From positions 526,193-590,192 of the forward strand of contig CAWJRH010000001.1 in assembly GCA_963845195.1 (NCBI GenBank): a stretch of 64,000 nucleotides of DNA. The letters are read 5' to 3'. This document shows, piece after piece, positions 9,582 to 19,845 of the stretch. The notes below the pieces were generated by a model. The model searched no databases and was not told the origin of the DNA. It saw only the letters and a list, made by a program, of their open reading frames with translations. How positions within the stretch are numbered: position 1 is the first letter of the stretch; every line of letters begins with the position of its first letter. The DNA is from an uncultured delta proteobacterium. Lineage in GTDB: Bacteria; Myxococcota_A; Polyangia; Polyangiales; Houyiibacteriaceae. The translations under genes and the position numbers were made by a program.

Positions 9582-10610
9582 TCAAAAGAGGCCGGCCTGT
9601 CGGCCCTTGGGTTCTTTCTTTCCGAGATGTTCGAACGCATGACGCGTCGCGACCCGGCCGCGCGCCGTGCGTGCGACGAAGCCGCGCTGCAGCAGATAGG
9701 GTTCGTATACGTCCTCGAGGGTATCGCGCGGCTCGCTGAGCGCTGCCGCCAAAGCTTCGATGCCTACCGGGCCGCCATCGTAGTGGTCGATCACGACCGA
9801 GAGATACCGTCGGTCCATCTGGTCGAGCCCTGCTTCGTCGACATCGAGTCGACGCAACGCTTCCTGCGCGGTCTCGGTAGTCAGAGTTCCGTCGCCGAGT
9901 ACGTCGGCAAAGTCGCGCCCCCGTCTGAGCAATCGGTTGGCGATTCGGGGTGTACCGCGAGATCGGCGCGCGAGTTCCTGTGCGGCGTCCGCGGTCATTG
10001 ATACGCCGAGCAGTCTTCCGCTTCGCTCAATGATGGAGACTAGAGATTCGACGGGGTAGTAGTCGAGCCGCGCCACATAGCCGAAGCGGGACAGCATCGG
10101 ATTGGTCAAGAGCCCCGTGCGCGTGGTCGCCCCCACCAGGGTGAACGGCCGAAGCGGGAGCTGTAGGGTCTGCGCGTACGGGCCGTCCCCGTTGACGATG
10201 TCGATGCGAAAGTCCTCGACTGCCGTGTAGAGGTTTTCCTCGACCGTCGCGTTGAGTCGATGGATTTCGTCGATGAAGAGCACGTCGCACGGCTCGAGCT
10301 TGGTGAGGAGCGCCGCAAGCTGCCCCTTGTGCTCGATTGCCGGGCCGGAGGCCGAATGCAGGGTCGCCCCCCGTTCTTCGGCGAGAATGGCTGCGAGCGT
10401 GGTCTTGCCCAGTCCGGGAGGGCCGCAAAACAGAGTGTGGTCTACCGGTTCGCTCCGGCGCCGCGCCGCCTCGACGAAGATTCGAAGATTGTCCTTGATG
10501 CGGTCTTGTCCGACGAAGTCGTCAAAGCGGGTCGGCCGCAGGCTTCGGTCGAAAGCCTGTTCGTCTCCCTGCTCGACCGCGTCGAGGGTCTCGTTGGCGC
10601 GTGCTGTCAT
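9582..10610 (-). CDS. ruvB: Holliday junction branch migration DNA helicase RuvB
   Basis: Walker A GPPGLGKTTLA, Walker B LFIDEIHRL, and the RuvB C-terminal winged-helix region. Confidence 0.97.
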   Translation of the reverse strand: MTARANETLDAVEQGDEQAFDRSLRPTRFDDFVGQDRIKDNLRIFVEAARRRSEPVDHTLFCGPPGLGKTTLAAILAEERGATLHSASGPAIEHKGQLAALLTKLEPCDVLFIDEIHRLNATVEENLYTAVEDFRIDIVNGDGPYAQTLQLPLRPFTLVGATTRTGLLTNPMLSRFGYVARLDYYPVESLVSIIERSGRLLGVSMTADAAQELARRSRGTPRIANRLLRRGRDFADVLGDGTLTTETAQEALRRLDVDEAGLDQMDRRYLSVVIDHYDGGPVGIEALAAALSEPRDTLEDVYEPYLLQRGFVARTARGRVATRHAFEHLGKKEPKGRQAGLF

Positions 10611-10629
10611 CGGTTGATTGCCATGGGTA

Positions 10630-11313
10630 TCAGGCGAGCGCGGAGAGGGCTGCGCGAAGCAGCTCCTCGACGTTCATGGTCTTGTCGGTCGGTGTTGGGT
10701 CGGCCTCTTGCGGAGGACCGTTCGATGCCGGCCCGGGACGACTGTTCACGGCAGCCTCGGCTTCGCTTCGTTTGTAGCCCATCTGAATGAGCGCACCCAC
10801 GACGGTTTCCGTGATCGAGTCGGCCGCTTCCGGCACGGCGCGCAGATGCACGCCGGACTTGGTGGATGAGCTTGGTGGCACGAAGTCGAGCTTGTCCTGG
10901 AGATCGACAAGCAGGCGTTCCACCGTCTTGCGGCCAACCCCGGTCACACCTTTGAACGCGGCTTTGTCTTGGCGTGCGACGGCATCGCGGAGCAAGCCCG
11001 CATCGAGTGTGCCGAGGACGGCCAACGCAACCTTGGGACCGACTCCGCTCACCTTGAGCAGCGCCCGGAACGCCGCACGATCGTGCTCTGTCGCGAACCC
11101 GAAGAGGGTCATCGCGTCTTCGCGGACGTGGGTGTGAACGTGGAGGGTCACAGCCTGAGGTTCGAGTGCGGTGCCTGGCGTACCAGACGAGGCCCCGAGC
11201 CGGCCGGCTGTGCCTACCGGCAGAAACACCTCGTAGCCCACTCCCCCAACCTCGACGACGACGGACCCGTCGATGGCGGTCTCGGCGATGGTCCCCCTCA
11301 GCCTCCCAATCAC
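10630..11313 (-). CDS. ruvA: Holliday junction DNA helicase subunit RuvA
   Basis: MIGRLRGTI... N-terminus, the HhH region LLKVSGVGPKVALAVL, and its position between ruvC and ruvB. Confidence 0.93.
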   Translation of the reverse strand: MIGRLRGTIAETAIDGSVVVEVGGVGYEVFLPVGTAGRLGASSGTPGTALEPQAVTLHVHTHVREDAMTLFGFATEHDRAAFRALLKVSGVGPKVALAVLGTLDAGLLRDAVARQDKAAFKGVTGVGRKTVERLLVDLQDKLDFVPPSSSTKSGVHLRAVPEAADSITETVVGALIQMGYKRSEAEAAVNSRPGPASNGPPQEADPTPTDKTMNVEELLRAALSALA

Positions 11314-11330
11314 GGGGCGAGACTAGCAGG

Positions 11331-11834
11331 TCACTGAACGGATGTCCCTATTTTTGCGCCACCCGAACGGGCGGCCTGGATGTGCGTGATCGCCACCGCC
11401 AACGCATCCGAGGCGTCGACCTCGAGGGACGCCGGGGAGAGGCCGAGGAGGACCGCCACCATCTGCCCGACCTGTGCCTTGTCCGCTTGGCCGCGACCGA
11501 CGACCGTCCGCTTCACGACCGCGGGCGTGTATTCGTGCACCGAGAGGCTCGACTGCGCCGCCACCAGAAGAGCGACCCCGCGTGCGTGTCCGAGCTTGAG
11601 GGCGGCATTCGCGAACTTCGCGAAGAAGATCTCTTCGACCGCGACCGCCTCGGGCGCGTGCGCAGCGATGATCTCCTCGAGCCCTTTGTGGATCACCAGC
11701 AGTCGACGATGAAGCGGGGCGCCTCGCGCGTTGGAGATCGTGCCGGCCCCGATGTGTCGAAGTCGCGTCCCTTCGAGCTGCACCACGCCCCAGCCCGTAC
11801 GTTGGCTGCCGGGGTCGATGCCGAGGACGCGCAC
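11331..11834 (-). CDS. ruvC: crossover junction endodeoxyribonuclease RuvC
   Basis: GTG at 11834 gives MRVLGIDPGSQRTGWG..., the canonical RuvC N-terminus. It lies 2 nt after the yebC stop. The tracked ORF (to 12290) adds an Arg-rich extension antisense-free but fully overlapping yebC, so I trimmed it. Confidence 0.9.
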   Translation of the reverse strand: MRVLGIDPGSQRTGWGVVQLEGTRLRHIGAGTISNARGAPLHRRLLVIHKGLEEIIAAHAPEAVAVEEIFFAKFANAALKLGHARGVALLVAAQSSLSVHEYTPAVVKRTVVGRGQADKAQVGQMVAVLLGLSPASLEVDASDALAVAITHIQAARSGGAKIGTSVQ

Positions 11835-11836
11835 GT

Positions 11837-12583
11837 TCAATCGAGCTCCGCGAGCGCCTGCTCGCTGAGCTCGAAGTCGGCAAACACGTTTTGGATGTCG
11901 TCGTGATCGTCGAGCGCTTCGAAAAGCTGCATCAGCTTTCTGGCTTCGTCGGCTTCGACGACCTTCGGGTTGTTCGGCAGGTAGACGAGATTGGCCTCTT
12001 CGGTCTCGATTCCGGCGTCCGCAATCGACTTCGACACCGCGTCCAGGTCGTTCCTGGCGGTGGTCACGACCCAGTGGTCTCCATCTCGCTCGAGGTTCTC
12101 GGCACCGGCCCCCACCGCAACTTCGAAAAGCTGCTCTTCGGTGCCGGCGCTTGCGGGAAGTCTGATGATCCCCTTCTGCTCGAAGGCCCAGGCCGCCGAT
12201 CCGCCGTTGCCGATTTGGCCGTGGTTCTTGTCGAAGACTTTGCGTACTTCCGCGATCGTTCGATTGCGATTGTCGGTGACGACCTCGCACAAGAAGAGCG
12301 CGCCGTCGGGGCCTATGCCCTCGTAGAGCAGCTCTTCGTACTGAATTCCCTCGAGTTCACCGGTGCCCTTCTGGATGGCCCGCGTCACGTTGTCGGCCGG
12401 CATGTTCGCAGCCCGACCAATGTCGATGGCACGGCGAAGCCTTGGGTTGCCGTCGGGGTCACCCCCGCCCTGGCGCGCCGCCACGGTGATTTCCTTGATC
12501 AGCTTGGTGAAGAGCTTGCCCCGCGCGGCGTCGACGGCCCCCTTCTTACGCTTGATCGTAGACCACTTGCTGTGTCCGCTCAC
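11837..12583 (-). CDS. yebC: YebC/PmpR family DNA-binding transcriptional regulator
   Basis: GTG 12583 gives MSGHSKWSTIKRKKGAVDAARGKLFTK. GGAGGG lies 8 nt upstream. The tracked start 12625 is probably too long. Confidence 0.92.
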   Translation of the reverse strand: MSGHSKWSTIKRKKGAVDAARGKLFTKLIKEITVAARQGGGDPDGNPRLRRAIDIGRAANMPADNVTRAIQKGTGELEGIQYEELLYEGIGPDGALFLCEVVTDNRNRTIAEVRKVFDKNHGQIGNGGSAAWAFEQKGIIRLPASAGTEEQLFEVAVGAGAENLERDGDHWVVTTARNDLDAVSKSIADAGIETEEANLVYLPNNPKVVEADEARKLMQLFEALDDHDDIQNVFADFELSEQALAELD

Positions 12584-12738
12584 TGGGCAATCCCTCCGCG
12601 GTTCGGCGAAGTGCCATGAAAACAAAGCAGAAACGTTCTCCCCATGTCCGAGTTATCCGACGTGGTGGGCGGTTTTTCAAGCGGCCTTCTCCAGTGGGGC
12701 CCAGTGAATAGCCCTGCGGTCGCCGCGTCCAAACCCTC

Positions 12739-13623
12739 ATGACACGCGCTCAATCTCTTTCGATCGCCTTGTTCGTCGGTCTTTGGTCCTCTGCTCTCCC
12801 GGGATGCGACGAAGACACCGAGTACGTCTGCGTTGCAGACGGGGACCCGAGTCAGCGGGGCTGCTTCGTCTGCCGCGACGAAGTCTGTGAAGAGCAGCCT
12901 CCTCCGACGCGGCCGCCTTGTCTCGACCCGGTCGACTGCGCGGTCGGCGGGATCTGCACCGATCTCGGGTGCGTCGCCGCCTGTCGCGAGGAGCTCGACT
13001 GCGCCCTCGGAACGACCTGCATCGACGACCTGTGCCTCAATCCAGTCGAACCCACGCCCGGTCGCCCCGACAACCCCCTCCCGAACCCCGATCCGGAACC
13101 TCCCGTCCCTGAAGACCGCGAAGATCGCTGCCAATTCAACTTCGAGTGCTCCGATGCGCGGATCTGCATCGACGGTCAGTGTCTCTTCACCTGTCTCGAC
13201 ACGCCGTGCCCAGGGGAGCAGGACTGCGTCGACGGAGCGATCTGCCGTCCTTGTCCCGAAGGCGGGTGTCCTACCGTCGCCGCGTGCGATGACGACGTCG
13301 ACTGCTCCGACGAAGAGTACTGCGAGGCATCGCGATGTGTGCCCGACACCCGTGCCGCGCGCTTCTGTCCCGACAACGCATGTCAGCCCGGACGCGTGTG
13401 CCGCCGCGGACAGTGTCGAAGCGTCTGCCAGAGCGATCGAGAGTGCGCGCTACTGGACGCGTCGATTCGCTTCTGCGCGCCGGTCGCAGATGAGAAGCTC
13501 TGCGTGCGGGGCATTGAGCTTCTCGCCGACTGTCAGCTCAATATCGACTGCGGTTTGGGCGAAGAATGCGTTGATGGGAGCTGCGTCGACCCAGAATCGA
13601 TGCTGATGTCGCTCATGCGCTGA
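12739..13623 (+). CDS. cysteine-rich repeat lipoprotein
   Basis: Signal plus lipobox SSALPGC|DE. About seven modules of the form C-x3-5-[DE]C-x4-6-C-x3-4-C, e.g. CREELDCALGTTCIDDLC and CQLNIDCGLGEECVDGSC. A proline-rich linker is present. Confidence 0.7.
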   Translation: MTRAQSLSIALFVGLWSSALPGCDEDTEYVCVADGDPSQRGCFVCRDEVCEEQPPPTRPPCLDPVDCAVGGICTDLGCVAACREELDCALGTTCIDDLCLNPVEPTPGRPDNPLPNPDPEPPVPEDREDRCQFNFECSDARICIDGQCLFTCLDTPCPGEQDCVDGAICRPCPEGGCPTVAACDDDVDCSDEEYCEASRCVPDTRAARFCPDNACQPGRVCRRGQCRSVCQSDRECALLDASIRFCAPVADEKLCVRGIELLADCQLNIDCGLGEECVDGSCVDPESMLMSLMR

Positions 13624-15095
13624 ACCGTGCCCTTCTTCGAACGGGAGCGCACCACCTCGAGAAGGCTTCGCACCCCGACGTAGAGGAACCCGGCACAGAA
13701 CAACGAGACGAAGGGGAGGCTCGCCCAGCTCTGTGTCGCGACCGCGACGGTAAGGGTCACGGTCGTGTAGAGGCCGAACCCGAGCTCGAGAAGATTGTGC
13801 CAGGGCCATCGTGTGTCGCTTGCGACCGGTTTGACGCGTGTGCCGTCGACGACGCCGCTCTTGGGCGTACGGACGAACTCGACATCGTTTCCGAAGAGCC
13901 CCTCGATACTCGCCCGCGCGTTGTTGACCGCGAGGCCGACCCCGAGCGCCATCATCAGGGGCAGTCGCCTGATCGCCGGCCAGCGAGATCCGTACAAATC
14001 AGCATACGCGGTGACGTAAAACGCGGCTACCGAGCCGCAGGTCGCCACGAACAGGGGCACGTCGAGCATGAGTAGGGCGGGGTTCTCGAGCTCACGTCGA
14101 ATCACCATGTTCGGCAGCTGAAGCAGAGCGAGAAGCAGCAAGAACGGATACGCGAAGTTGTTGGTGAGATGAAAGAACGCCTCTTGCTTCGCCCGCCAAG
14201 GAATCGGTGCGCGCATGATCCGAGGCAGTAGCTTCCTGCCGGTCTGTACCGAACCCTTGGCCCAGCGGTACTGCTGGCTCTTGAAGCTCGTCATGTCCGC
14301 GGGAAGCTCGGCCGGGGCACTCACCTCTGGCAGATAGATGAACTGCCACCCCCGGAGCTGGGCACGGTAGCTGAGGTCCATGTCCTCGGTGATTGTGTCG
14401 TGCTCCCAGCCGCCAGCGTCCTCAATCGCGGCCCTGCGCCAGATCCCCGCGGTGCCGTTGAAATTGAAGTAGCAGCCGGAGCGATGCCTCGCGGCGTGCT
14501 CGATGACGAAGTGCCCGTCGAGCAGCATGGCCTGGCATTCGGTCAGGGCGGAGAGGCCACGGTTCAGATGTGACCACCGTGCCTGCACCATGCCTACAGC
14601 CGGATCGGTGAAGTAGTGTACGAGGTCGCGAACGATGCTCTCACCGGGAACGAAGTCGGCGTCGAAGACGACGATGAGTTCGCCTTTGGCCGTGCGCAGA
14701 CCGCGCTCGAGCGCACCGGCCTTGTACCCAGTGCGGTCCTCTCGATGCAGATACGAGATATCGACCCCTCGGCTCCTCAGTTCTGCACACACCGCGCGCG
14801 CGATGGTCTTGGTATCGTCTGTGGAGTCGTCGAGGACCTGAATCTCGAGGCGATTCGCGGGATAGTCAATCGCCGCGGTCGCACGAATCAGACGTTCGGC
14901 GACCCGCGATTCGTTGAACATCGGAAGCTGCACGGTCACCGCTGGAAGCGACGCTTCGTCGAAGCAAGCCGCAGGTGCCATTCGCTCACGCCGATGTCGC
15001 AGGTAGCGCCATAGGAGTTGGCTACGGTGCACTCCGTAGAGTGCGAGCACACTCAGCGCGACCAAGTAAAGAATGATTACGAGCGTTTCAAGCAC
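13533..15095 (-). CDS. family 2 glycosyltransferase, membrane-embedded processive type (CslA/MgdA-like)
   Basis: N-terminal TM helix. Motifs DDSTDDT, FDADF, TEDMDLS and QQYRWAKG (D,D,D,QxxRW). Multiple C-terminal TM helices. Confidence 0.85.
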   Translation of the reverse strand: MLETLVIILYLVALSVLALYGVHRSQLLWRYLRHRRERMAPAACFDEASLPAVTVQLPMFNESRVAERLIRATAAIDYPANRLEIQVLDDSTDDTKTIARAVCAELRSRGVDISYLHREDRTGYKAGALERGLRTAKGELIVVFDADFVPGESIVRDLVHYFTDPAVGMVQARWSHLNRGLSALTECQAMLLDGHFVIEHAARHRSGCYFNFNGTAGIWRRAAIEDAGGWEHDTITEDMDLSYRAQLRGWQFIYLPEVSAPAELPADMTSFKSQQYRWAKGSVQTGRKLLPRIMRAPIPWRAKQEAFFHLTNNFAYPFLLLLALLQLPNMVIRRELENPALLMLDVPLFVATCGSVAAFYVTAYADLYGSRWPAIRRLPLMMALGVGLAVNNARASIEGLFGNDVEFVRTPKSGVVDGTRVKPVASDTRWPWHNLLELGFGLYTTVTLTVAVATQSWASLPFVSLFCAGFLYVGVRSLLEVVRSRSKKGTVQRMSDISIDSGSTQLPSTHSSPKPQSILS

Positions 15096-15110
15096 AGAAC
15101 CACGCTGGTC

Positions 15111-16559
15111 CTAGTGCCCGCCCGCCGCCGAAGCAAGTTCGGCTGCGGTCCGCAGGCGTTCGACTGACTTTTCCTTCCCAAGCACCTGCATCACCTCGAA
15201 CAGGCCCGGGCTTCTCGTACGGCCAGTGAGTGCGACGCGTGCAGGCTGCGCGACCGCCTTCATCGAAAGCCCTTCGGCTTCGAGCCAGCTTTTCACCGTC
15301 TCTTCGAGAGTTTCGTTGGCGAACGGTTCCACCTTGGACACGAGGTCGGCGAGGCGGGCAAGGTTCTCGGAGGCCTCGGGTTTGAGGAATTTTCGCTGTG
15401 CCTTCTCCTCGAACTCCACATCGCGCAGAAAGTAGCTCACCGCGTCGGCAACGTCGGCGAGGGTCGATGCGCGCGGTTTCACGTAGGGCATCGCCTCGAG
15501 CAGCACGGGATCGTCCGCGGCGACCTCGATTCCGATCTCTGCGAGAAAGGGTACCGTCAGTCGTGCGACTTCTGGGTCCGGCAACATCCTGAGATGCTCC
15601 TCTTGGACGAAGAGAAACTTCTTCGAGTCGTAGCGTCCTGCGGTCGAACCGACGCGGTCCCAGCTGAACTTCTCGATCAGCTCCGGACGCGTGAAGACTT
15701 CCTGGTCGCCGTACGACCAGCCGAGGCGCGCCAGATAGTTCAAGACCGCGTCAGGCAGATACCCCATGTCACGGTATTCGAGGACTCCGACCGCGGCATG
15801 ACGCTTCGATAGCTTCTCCCCGTTCGGCGCGAGCACCATCGGCATATGGGCAAACGCAGGAGGATCGGCACCAAGCGCGCGATAGAGCAGAATCTGAGGT
15901 GCCGTATTGATTACGTGATCGTCGCCCCGGGCCACGAGCGTGATCTTCATCGTCAGGTCGTCGACCACGCACCCGAAATTGTAGAGCGGCATCCCGTCCG
16001 GCCGCAGCAGGATGAAGTCCTGCTGCGTGTCGTTCCGCACTTCGATCCGGCCTTTGACCTCGTCGTCCCAGTGGACCGTCCCCTCGTCTGGGGCCCGGAA
16101 ACGAATCGCCGACCTCGCGTTCGGCTCTGCTGGCGCGGGGGCCCCGTCTCTCCATGGGCTCCGAAATCGAAACCCGCCTTTGGCACCGGTCGCCTTGTGC
16201 GCCTCGCGAGCTTCGGCGATCTCTTCTTTGCTCGCGTAGCAGCGATACGCGTGGCCAGACGCGATCAGCGCCTCAGCGTGCTGCGCGTAGATATCGAGAC
16301 GCTCGCTCTGCACGTAGGGGCCGTGCGAACCGCCCACCTCGGGGCCTTCATCCCAGTCGAGTTCGAGCCATCGCATCGACTCGAGCACGACTTGAATGCT
16401 CTCGTCGGTGCTCCGCTCCCTGTCGGTGTCCTCGATGCGGAGGACGAAGGTCCCCCCGTTTCGTCGCGCCCACAGCCAGCTGTAGAGCGCCGTACGAACC
16501 CCGCCGATGTGCAGGTATCCCGTGGGTGAGGGGGCGAACCGGACACGAACCTCCGACAT
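15111..16559 (-). CDS. gltX: glutamate--tRNA ligase
   Basis: RFAPSPTGYLHIGG (HIGH motif) and KLSKRH (KMSKS motif). Confidence 0.96.
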   Translation of the reverse strand: MSEVRVRFAPSPTGYLHIGGVRTALYSWLWARRNGGTFVLRIEDTDRERSTDESIQVVLESMRWLELDWDEGPEVGGSHGPYVQSERLDIYAQHAEALIASGHAYRCYASKEEIAEAREAHKATGAKGGFRFRSPWRDGAPAPAEPNARSAIRFRAPDEGTVHWDDEVKGRIEVRNDTQQDFILLRPDGMPLYNFGCVVDDLTMKITLVARGDDHVINTAPQILLYRALGADPPAFAHMPMVLAPNGEKLSKRHAAVGVLEYRDMGYLPDAVLNYLARLGWSYGDQEVFTRPELIEKFSWDRVGSTAGRYDSKKFLFVQEEHLRMLPDPEVARLTVPFLAEIGIEVAADDPVLLEAMPYVKPRASTLADVADAVSYFLRDVEFEEKAQRKFLKPEASENLARLADLVSKVEPFANETLEETVKSWLEAEGLSMKAVAQPARVALTGRTRSPGLFEVMQVLGKEKSVERLRTAAELASAAGGH

Positions 16560-16616
16560 GGCGGAGGGCTAACTGCCCGGTGCGACCGGGTCAAGCGATG
16601 GCTGGGCCTGCGAGCG

Positions 16617-17015
16617 TCAGGGTTGTCCGACCGGTTGTGCGTTGGCTTGAAGCACTCCGGCAAAGGAGTCGCGGTAGGCCCAGGCGAGGAAGGCCTGCAG
16701 AACGAGAATGACGATGGCCATCGGCAGCCCGCCCTGGTCGAGGAATAGATGCGCGAAGAAGATGTGCACCGATACCGGCGCGAGCAGGATGAGACCGAGG
16801 GGCAAGAAGCGCCCGGTGAGAATCATCACCCCGGCGACCACCTCGACGAACTTGACGACGGCCATGAAGTAACCGGTCCCGACCAGGGCACCCATGAAGG
16901 ACCCCATTGGCTCGTTCATTTCGGGGTTTGGGATGAAATGGAAGAACCCGTTCAACCCGAACACCACGAAGACCAAACCGAGAATCACTCGGGCTGCAAT
17001 GATCGCATACTTCAT
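16617..17015 (-). CDS. DoxX-like small membrane protein
   Basis: ATG 17015 gives MKYAIIAARVILGLVFVVFGLNGF.... There are four predicted TM helices. The family assignment is tentative. Confidence 0.55.
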   Translation of the reverse strand: MKYAIIAARVILGLVFVVFGLNGFFHFIPNPEMNEPMGSFMGALVGTGYFMAVVKFVEVVAGVMILTGRFLPLGLILLAPVSVHIFFAHLFLDQGGLPMAIVILVLQAFLAWAYRDSFAGVLQANAQPVGQP

Positions 17016-17218
17016 CAGTGGCTCCTTTCGCCGGACGAGGAAAACCAAACGAGGCGTGGCCCCGCTGCAAAGTCCGACGCCGCGAGCTTATCAGCGTTTG
17101 CAGCGATGCGGATACACACCGCGGTCATCCACGCCAAAGCACCTGAAACTTCGCACAGCGCGCATGGAGCGCTTCGCCTTGACCCTACGGGGTCGACTGA
17201 ACAGGATGCGCCGCCTTG

Positions 17219-18559
17219 ATGGATTCGCCAGAACCCATGGTCGCGCGCCTCAATCGGGGCGTGCGACGGCCGAATGCGCGATGGTCTTTCGTGGGTGCGA
17301 GCCCCTTCGGTGATGCCCTCGGACTGCGGCGCTACCGGCTCGGAAACGGGCTTCGCGTCGTAACGCTCATCGACCGATCGGCGCCTACCGTCAGCTATCA
17401 TACCTGGTTCGCCGTGGGGTCGCGGCACGAGAAGCCGGGCAAAACCGGGCTCGCACACCTGTTCGAACATCTGATGTTCAGTGCGACGAAGCAGCATCCA
17501 TACGGTGAGTTCGATCGCTTGATGGAGAGCGCGGGCGCAGAGGCCAACGCCGCTACCTGGACCGACTGGACCTATTACTACGAGAACGCCCCCAAGAAGG
17601 CACTACCGCTGCTGATCGAGCTCGAGGCTGACCGAATGGCCAATCTCGTCCTGCGCGCGCCTCAGCTCCGCTCCGAACGCGAAGTGGTGATCAACGAGCG
17701 AAAGCTCCGGGTCGAAGACGACATCGAGGGTCGTGCGGTTGAACAGCTCTATGCAACCGCGTTTCGACACCATCCGTATCGATGGCCCACCATCGGATGG
17801 ATGGACGACATTCGCGGTTTCACCGTCGAGGACTGCAAGCGATTCTATCGTTCCCACTACGCGCCGAATCGCGCAACGCTCATCGTTGCAGGCGACTTCG
17901 ACGAGCGCCGAGCACTCGAACAGATTCAGAGCGCGTACGGTTCGCTGTCTGCCTCTTCGGCGCGGCGGCCCCATCGCATCGCGCCCGAACCTGGTCAGCG
18001 GCGTGAACGCGTCTTGCCGATCACTGCGCCGACCCCGACCGACAAAGTGCTTCTTGGCTATCAGGCTCCGTCGTTCGCGCACCCGGATAGCGCCGCCCTC
18101 AACGTGGTCAACGAGATGCTCTTCGCGGGCCGTAGTTCGCGGCTTCATCGTCGGCTTTGCCTCGAGGACGAAGTTGCCCTCTCCGTTCGTGGCGCGGTGT
18201 CTCCCTTCGTCGACCCCGGTCTCTTCGAGGTCTGGATCTCGATGCGAAGTGGGCGTTCGATAGACAAGGCGGTCGCGGCGCTCGACGCCGAGATTGCGCA
18301 TCTGGCCTCACGAGGTCCATCGATCGCCGAACTCGACAAAGCGCTCCATCAAATCGAACTTTCGTTCCTCTACTCGATGGAGACCGCGGGTGGGAAAGCC
18401 GAGCAGGTCGGCTTCTACGAGACGGTGATGAATGACGGGACGACGGCCTTCGACCGTCTCGCCGCCTATCGCCAGGTTACCAAGGCCGAGGTGAAACGGG
18501 CAGCCGCCACCTATCTGCGTACGTCGCGACGCACTCGTGTCGAGGTGACCCGGGCATGA
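17219..18559 (+). CDS. M16 family zinc peptidase (active subunit)
   Basis: Inverted zinc motif HLFEHLMF (HxxEH). ATG 17219 lies one codon inside the tracked TTG start. Confidence 0.88.
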   Translation: MDSPEPMVARLNRGVRRPNARWSFVGASPFGDALGLRRYRLGNGLRVVTLIDRSAPTVSYHTWFAVGSRHEKPGKTGLAHLFEHLMFSATKQHPYGEFDRLMESAGAEANAATWTDWTYYYENAPKKALPLLIELEADRMANLVLRAPQLRSEREVVINERKLRVEDDIEGRAVEQLYATAFRHHPYRWPTIGWMDDIRGFTVEDCKRFYRSHYAPNRATLIVAGDFDERRALEQIQSAYGSLSASSARRPHRIAPEPGQRRERVLPITAPTPTDKVLLGYQAPSFAHPDSAALNVVNEMLFAGRSSRLHRRLCLEDEVALSVRGAVSPFVDPGLFEVWISMRSGRSIDKAVAALDAEIAHLASRGPSIAELDKALHQIELSFLYSMETAGGKAEQVGFYETVMNDGTTAFDRLAAYRQVTKAEVKRAAATYLRTSRRTRVEVTRA

Positions 18560-19845
18560 AGAGAGCCGAGCCTCGCCTACTCGTCGAATCGAGTGACGTA
18601 CTTCCCATCGTGGATATCGAGGTCGCTTTTCCGATCGGCAGTCTTCTCGACCCCATCGGCAAAGAAGGGCTCGCACAGCTCAACGGGCAGTTGATTCGTC
18701 GCGGGCCGCGCGGCGTATCGACAGAGCGTTTCGAGGAAAACCTCGCGCGTCTCGGCGCGCGAATGACGATTGACGTCGGGATGCGCTCGACTCGCATCCG
18801 AGCCACCGCGCTGCGTCGAAACCTCGAACCGGTAATTGCGATGCTGGCAGAGCTCATCTGGGACCCCGCGCTGCGGGCACGCGACTTCGCCAAGCTCAAG
18901 CGTCAGGCGGCTGCCTATCTAACCGCCCGCCTCGATGACGACCAGACCGTAGGAGGTCTGCACTTCCGCCGCATCCTGTTCGAGGGGCATCCTTATGCGC
19001 GCCCCACCTCGGGCACGGCGGCGAGTGTGCGGCGTGTGCGCCTCGATGATGTGCGCCGGTTCTACCGACGCCACGTCCAGCGCGGTCCCTTCATAGTCGG
19101 CATGGCCGGGCAAGTGAGCGGCGCCGAGGCAAGCGAGCTCGTGCGAACGTATTTCCCCAAGGCAGGCGTGCTCGCCAGCGATTCGCATCAGGTTCCACCG
19201 ACCCGCGCTGGCCGTGGCCGACATGTAGTCATCGTGGACAAGCCCGAACGCACGCAGACCCAGCTCTTCATCGGTGCGCTCGGCGCCCGAACGCACGATC
19301 GCGATCTGATGCCCGCGGTGGTCTCGAATACCGCGTTCGGCGGTACGTTCACCGGTCCGTTGATGCAAGAGGTTCGGGCAACCCGCGGCTGGAGCTACGG
19401 CGCCTACAGCAGGCTCCTCCACTCGACGCAACGCGATGCGTGGTACGCATGGAGCGCCCCCGGTGCCGACTACTCGGCCGACTGTGCCGCTCTCGAGATT
19501 GGCCTCATCGAAGGCTGGCTCGGCCGCGGCCTGCCGCGTGCGGATCTCGATTTTGCCAAGAAATACCTGATCAATAGCCACTGCTTCGAGGTTGACACCC
19601 CCTCGAAGCGGCTCGAGGCACGCCTCGACGTGGAGCTTCTGGGTGTGCCCCGCAGACTTGTTGATCGCCACGACGAGCTCGTCGCGAAGGTGACGCGCAC
19701 TGAGGCGAACCAGGCGATGCGCCGCCGAGTCTCGCCGGACGATCTGCTCATTGTAGTCGTGGCGACGGCCGAGTGCGTCCAAGCGAGCTTCGAGCGACTC
19801 GCAGGGCTGAGTTCGCTCCGCGTCGTTCCGCACGAAGCCGTCTAG
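18556..19845 (+). CDS. M16 family peptidase, non-catalytic partner
   Basis: ATGA overlap with the upstream M16 gene. It shows insulinase-fold-like sequence but has no HxxEH motif. Confidence 0.8.
   Translation: MKRAEPRLLVESSDVLPIVDIEVAFPIGSLLDPIGKEGLAQLNGQLIRRGPRGVSTERFEENLARLGARMTIDVGMRSTRIRATALRRNLEPVIAMLAELIWDPALRARDFAKLKRQAAAYLTARLDDDQTVGGLHFRRILFEGHPYARPTSGTAASVRRVRLDDVRRFYRRHVQRGPFIVGMAGQVSGAEASELVRTYFPKAGVLASDSHQVPPTRAGRGRHVVIVDKPERTQTQLFIGALGARTHDRDLMPAVVSNTAFGGTFTGPLMQEVRATRGWSYGAYSRLLHSTQRDAWYAWSAPGADYSADCAALEIGLIEGWLGRGLPRADLDFAKKYLINSHCFEVDTPSKRLEARLDVELLGVPRRLVDRHDELVAKVTRTEANQAMRRRVSPDDLLIVVVATAECVQASFERLAGLSSLRVVPHEAV

Noticed and set aside
11835-12290. N-terminal 152-aa extension of the ruvC ORF
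   Set aside because: It is an Arg-rich translation lying wholly within yebC in another frame. GTG 11834 yields the canonical MRVLGIDPG RuvC start.
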